NCBI RefSeq assembly: GCF_048403405.1
Contig: NZ_CP183129.1
DNA length: 64,000 nucleotides
Strand: one strand, 5' to 3'
Source of the DNA: Escherichia coli
Lineage (GTDB): Bacteria; Pseudomonadota; Gammaproteobacteria; Enterobacterales; Enterobacteriaceae
The position numbers were made by a program, and so were the translations under genes. The stretch's first letter is position 1. Each line of letters starts with the position of its first letter. Below the pieces are notes generated by a model. That model had not been told where the DNA came from. It was given only the letters and a program-made list of their open reading frames with translations, and searched no databases. Positions 58,102 to 64,000 of the stretch are shown one piece after another.

Positions 58102-59073
58102 TTACTGTTGCAATTCTTTCTCAGTGAAGAGATCGGCAAACAATGCGGTGCTTAAATAACGCTCACCCGATGACGGCAGAATAACCACAATATTCTTGTT
58201 GGTAAAGCTTTCATCTTCTTGTAGTTTCAACGCCGCAGCAACAGCTGCTCCAGAAGAGATACCTGCAAGAATACCTTCTTCTTCCATCAGACGACGCGCG
58301 GTAGAAATGGCTTCTTCATTGGTGATGCCAATGACTTTATCGACCAGCTTGAGATCGAGGTTAGCCGGGATAAAACCTGCGCCAATACCCTGAATTTTAT
58401 GCGGGCCAGGTTTAATCTCTTCACCAGCCAGTGCCTGGGCGATAACTGGAGAATCGGTTGGCTCAACGGCGACAGAGATAAGATCGGTCTTGCCTTTGGT
58501 GCCTTTAATGTAGCGGCTGACGCCAGTCAGCGTACCGCCAGTCCCAACGCCAGCAATAAATACATCAACCTGACCGTCGGTATCTTCCCAGATCTCCGGA
58601 CCGGTGGTTTTTTCGTGAATTTCAGGGTTTGCCGGATTGCTGAATTGTTGCAGCAGCAGGTATTTCTCTGGATTGCTGGCGACAATTTCTTCTGCTTTTT
58701 GGATTGCGCCTTTCATGCCTTTAGCACCTTCGGTCAGCACCAGGTTTGCACCTAACGCTTTCAGCAGCTTGCGGCGTTCAATACTCATGGTTTCTGGCAT
58801 GGTCAGGGTAAGTTTGTAACCGCGAGCGGCAGCGACATAGGCCAGTGCAATCCCGGTATTACCGCTGGTTGGTTCAACCAGTTCAACGCCTGGTTTCAGC
58901 ACGCCGCGCTTTTCGGCATCCCAAATCATGTTGGCACCGATACGGCACTTAACGCTGAAGCTGGGGTTACGAGATTCCACCTTCGCCAGAATGCGTCCGT
59001 TACCGATGCGATTCAGGCGAACCAGCGGCGTGTGACCGATAGTCAGCGAGTTATCTTCAAAAATCTTACTCAT
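58102..59073 (-). CDS. cysK: cysteine synthase A (O-acetylserine sulfhydrylase A)
   Basis: 323 aa, [57 protein letters not shown]... Confidence 0.96.
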   Translation of the reverse strand: MSKIFEDNSLTIGHTPLVRLNRIGNGRILAKVESRNPSFSVKCRIGANMIWDAEKRGVLKPGVELVEPTSGNTGIALAYVAAARGYKLTLTMPETMSIERRKLLKALGANLVLTEGAKGMKGAIQKAEEIVASNPEKYLLLQQFSNPANPEIHEKTTGPEIWEDTDGQVDVFIAGVGTGGTLTGVSRYIKGTKGKTDLISVAVEPTDSPVIAQALAGEEIKPGPHKIQGIGAGFIPANLDLKLVDKVIGITNEEAISTARRLMEEEGILAGISSGAAVAAALKLQEDESFTNKNIVVILPSSGERYLSTALFADLFTEKELQQ

Positions 59074-59193
59074 GGCCTGTCCTTAACTGTATGAAATTGG
59101 GATACAACAGGTAGCATAACCGCTCAGAGAATATGCGGAAGTAAGGATTTAGCATATCTATATGCAGAAGGGAAATAATGACATGCAAGATGG

Positions 59194-59218
59194 AATAAGG
59201 GGCGGCATAAGCCACCCC
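59194..59218 (-). terminator. candidate terminator after cysZ
   Basis: Minus strand: GGGGTGGC-ttat-GCCGCCCC followed by TTATT, about 40 bp after the cysZ stop. Confidence 0.5.
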
Positions 59219-59257
59219 TGTTTCACACAAGCGGTTTACAAAATAACCGGTAGATTG

Positions 59258-60019
59258 TTACCGCCACATCGCGTGTTTATCGCGATAGCAATCGACCCAC
59301 ATCGCCGTCGCACCACAAACGGCAACGGGCATGATGAACAGATTAAGCAGAGGGATCATCGTAAACAGGCTGGTTAAAGCACCAAACTGCATATTGGTGA
59401 TTTTGCGTGTGCGCAGGGCGGTGCGCATCTCTTTAAACGGCACTTTGTGGTTATCGAAGGGGTAATCGCAATACTGGATGGCTAACATCCAGGCGCTAAA
59501 CAGGAACCATAGTACCGGCGCGACGGTTTGCCCAATACCAGGGATGAAGTAAAGAATTAGCAATACAATTGCGCGCGGCAGATACCAGGCAAATTTTTGC
59601 CATTCGCGTTTCATGATTCGCGGCACATCTTTCATGATACCGAAAATCCCGGTATCTGGCGGTGTAGCGCCAGTCAATCGTGCTTCCAGTTGTTCAGCCA
59701 ATAAACCGTTAAACGGAGCGGCAATCCAGTTAGCAATCGTTGAGAAGAAATAGCCAAACACTAACAGCACGGAGATGACTGCCAGAGGCCACAACAGATA
59801 GCTCAGCCATTGTAACCAGTCCGGAACATAACTCATGAGAGTCGGGATCCAGACATCGAGTTGCGTAAATAGCCACCAGAATGCGCCCCCCATCAACAAA
59901 ATATTGACCAGCAGCGGTAAAATAACGAAACGCCGAATCCCAGGTTGCGAGACGAGCTTCCAGCCTTGCGCAAAATAGTAAAAACCGCTGCGTGGGGCAG
60001 ATGTGAATGATGAAACCAT
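59258..60019 (-). CDS. cysZ: sulfate transporter CysZ
   Basis: 253 aa polytopic membrane protein, [31 protein letters not shown]... Confidence 0.9.
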
Positions 60020-60248
60020 AATCAGGATGAGCTCCTTTTGACCAATCCCAGGAAAATTCTGCGTATTTTACCGGGTAATTGCGCAATGGACAGTTAGGAT
60101 ATGTTCGAAAAAACAGCAAAAAGCACGATTTCATCTATCTTTGTGCTGTGAAAGTTAATAGTGCACTTGCACTTGAGGTAATCGGCAAATACTCTTAGTG
60201 AGTAAATGTTTGCCGTGGTGGCAAGGTGTTAGAACAACAGAGAATATA

Positions 60249-61247
60249 ATGATGCAGGATTTGCGTCTGATATTAATCATTGTTGGCGCGATCGCCATAA
60301 TCGCTTTACTGGTACATGGTTTCTGGACCAGCCGTAAAGAACGATCTTCTATGTTCCGCGATCGGCCATTAAAACGAATGAAGTCAAAACGTGACGACGA
60401 TTCTTATGACGAGGATGTCGAAGATGATGAGGGCGTTGGTGAGGTTCGTGTTCACCGCGTGAATCATGCCCCGGCTAACGCCCAGGAGCATGAGGCTGCT
60501 CGTCCGTCGTCGCAACACCAGTACCAACCGCCTTATGCGTCTGCGCAGCCGCGTCAACCGGTCCAGCCGCCGCCTGAAGCGCAGGTACCGCCGCAACATG
60601 CTCCGCGTCCAGCGCAGCCGGTGCAGCAACCCGTGCAGCAGCCTGCCTATCAGCCGCAGCCTGAACAGCCGTTGCAGCAGCCAGTTTCGCCACAGGTCGC
60701 GTCAGCGCCGCAGCCAGTGCATTCAGCACCGCAACCGGCACAACAGGCTTTCCAGTCTGCAGAACCCGTAGCGGCACCACAGCCTGAGCCTGTAGCGGAA
60801 CCGGCTCCAGTTATGGATAAACCGAAGCGCAAAGAAGCGGTGATTATCATGAACGTCGCGGCGCATCACGGTAGCGAGCTAAACGGTGAACTGCTTCTTA
60901 ACAGCATTCAACAAGCGGGCTTCATTTTTGGCGATATGAATATTTACCATCGTCATCTTAGCCCGGATGGCAGCGGCCCGGCGTTATTCAGCCTGGCGAA
61001 TATGGTGAAACCGGGAACCTTTGATCCTGAAATGAAGGATTTCACTACTCCGGGTGTCACTATCTTTATGCAGGTACCGTCTTACGGTGACGAGCTGCAG
61101 AACTTCAAGCTGATGCTGCAATCTGCGCAGCATATTGCCGATGAAGTGGGCGGTGTAGTGCTTGACGATCAGCGCCGTATGATGACTCCGCAGAAATTGC
61201 GCGAGTACCAGGACATCATCCGCGAAGTCAAAGACGCCAACGCCTGA
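60249..61247 (+). CDS. zipA: cell-division protein ZipA
   Basis: ATG 60249: [30 protein letters not shown]... N-terminal TM anchor, P/Q-rich linker, C-terminal FtsZ-binding domain; 332 aa from this start. The track ORF begins 17 codons upstream. Confidence 0.9.
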   Translation: MMQDLRLILIIVGAIAIIALLVHGFWTSRKERSSMFRDRPLKRMKSKRDDDSYDEDVEDDEGVGEVRVHRVNHAPANAQEHEAARPSSQHQYQPPYASAQPRQPVQPPPEAQVPPQHAPRPAQPVQQPVQQPAYQPQPEQPLQQPVSPQVASAPQPVHSAPQPAQQAFQSAEPVAAPQPEPVAEPAPVMDKPKRKEAVIIMNVAAHHGSELNGELLLNSIQQAGFIFGDMNIYHRHLSPDGSGPALFSLANMVKPGTFDPEMKDFTTPGVTIFMQVPSYGDELQNFKLMLQSAQHIADEVGGVVLDDQRRMMTPQKLREYQDIIREVKDANA

Positions 61248-61277
61248 TACACTTAAGGCAAATTAACTCCTCTTCGA

Positions 61278-61300
61278 ACCCCCGCTTGTCGGGGGTTTTT
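61278..61300 (+). terminator. intrinsic terminator after zipA
   Basis: ACCCCCG-cttgt-CGGGGGT followed by TTTT, 30 bp after the zipA stop. Confidence 0.75.
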
Positions 61301-61308
61301 AGCATTGA

Positions 61309-63333
<2,025 letters not shown>

Positions 63334-63334
63334 G

Positions 63335-63553
63335 ATGGAAAAAGAGCAGCTGATTGAAATAGCCAATACGATAATGCCGTTTGGCAAATACAAAGGGCGT
63401 CGCTTAATCGACCTGCCGGAGGAGTATCTTCTGTGGTTTGCCCGCAAAGATGAGTTCCCGGCAGGGAAGCTCGGTGAGCTAATGCAAATCACGCTGCTGA
63501 TTAAAACTGAGGGGCTGACGCAACTGGTCCAGCCCCTGAAGCGTCCTCTTTAA
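63335..63553 (+). CDS. ypeB: DUF3820-family small protein YpeB
   Basis: 72 aa, MEKEQLIEIANTIMPFGKYKGRRLIDLPEEYLLWFARKDEFPAGKLG...; starts 1 bp after the ligA stop. Confidence 0.8.
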   Translation: MEKEQLIEIANTIMPFGKYKGRRLIDLPEEYLLWFARKDEFPAGKLGELMQITLLIKTEGLTQLVQPLKRPL

Positions 63554-64000
63554 GCTTTATTGGCGCGGCTTTCCTGCTGCGCCTGTAACTGTTCGGTCTG
63601 GTGTTTGTATCGACGCGCCAGCACCGCACAGACCATCAATTGGATCTGATGGAAAATCATCAGAGGCAGCATCATCATACCGATCACCGATGTGGGGAAA
63701 AGAATGTTTGCCATCGGGATGCCATTTGCCAGACTCTTTTTCGAACCACAAAAGACGATAGTAATTTCATCTGCCTTATTGAAGCCCAGTCGGCGTGCCA
63801 TAAAGACGTTAACTACAATCACGATAGCCAGAAGAACGCAGCTGACCACCACGATAAACAGCAATGATCCCCAGCCAACTTTATGCCAGATACCATTAAC
63901 AACGGCTTCGCTGAACGCTGTATAAACCACCAACAGAATGGACGTCTGGTCAGTTTTCGCAATCCATTTTTTATTGCGTGACACCCAGCCACCAATCCAC
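63550..64000 (-). CDS. yfeH: putative membrane transporter YfeH (bile acid:sodium symporter-like), 3' part only; gene runs off the right window edge
   Basis: Minus-strand frame is open to the window end; hydrophobic sequence ...LLFIVVVSCVLLAIVIVVNVFMARRLGF...; stop overlaps the ypeB 3' end by 4 bp. Confidence 0.65.
   Translation of the reverse strand, partial: WIGGWVSRNKKWIAKTDQTSILLVVYTAFSEAVVNGIWHKVGWGSLLFIVVVSCVLLAIVIVVNVFMARRLGFNKADEITIVFCGSKKSLANGIPMANILFPTSVIGMMMLPLMIFHQIQLMVCAVLARRYKHQTEQLQAQQESRANKA

Overview
This window is a contiguous Escherichia coli-type (Escherichia/Shigella) chromosomal segment, colinear with the K-12 bcp-gcvR-dapA ... eut ... cysPUWAM ... ptsHI-crr ... ligA-yfeH region and shown in the opposite orientation to the K-12 map. 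Gene identities come from recognising the translated ORFs and their motifs from memory; no database search was possible. I call about 70 protein-coding genes, all apparently intact, plus REP-type repeats, intrinsic terminators and a few operator-like sites. I found no rRNA, tRNA, CRISPR array, IS element, integrase or prophage, and no large unexplained intergenic block (the largest non-coding stretches are about 0.3-0.5 kb). I did not find convincing evidence of a novel, undescribed system: the only large specialised system is the well-known ethanolamine-utilisation (eut) microcompartment operon. The most notable observations are strain-level differences from K-12 as I remember it: (1) all 17 eut genes (eutSPQTDMNEJGHABCLKR) are contiguous, with eutA and eutB 11 bp apart where K-12 carries the CPZ-55 prophage; (2) only about 180 bp separate murP and yfeX, where K-12 carries yfeW (PBP4B), and a 29-codon signal-peptide-like mini-ORF sits 4 bp after the murP stop; (3) a GC-rich multi-palindromic repeat occurs twice, once inside the eut operon between eutG and eutH; (4) the 19-codon gene ypfM is present but below the ORF-track cutoff. 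Many track ORFs begin at upstream in-frame GTG/TTG codons; I trimmed these to the start that matches the known protein N-terminus and has a plausible RBS.
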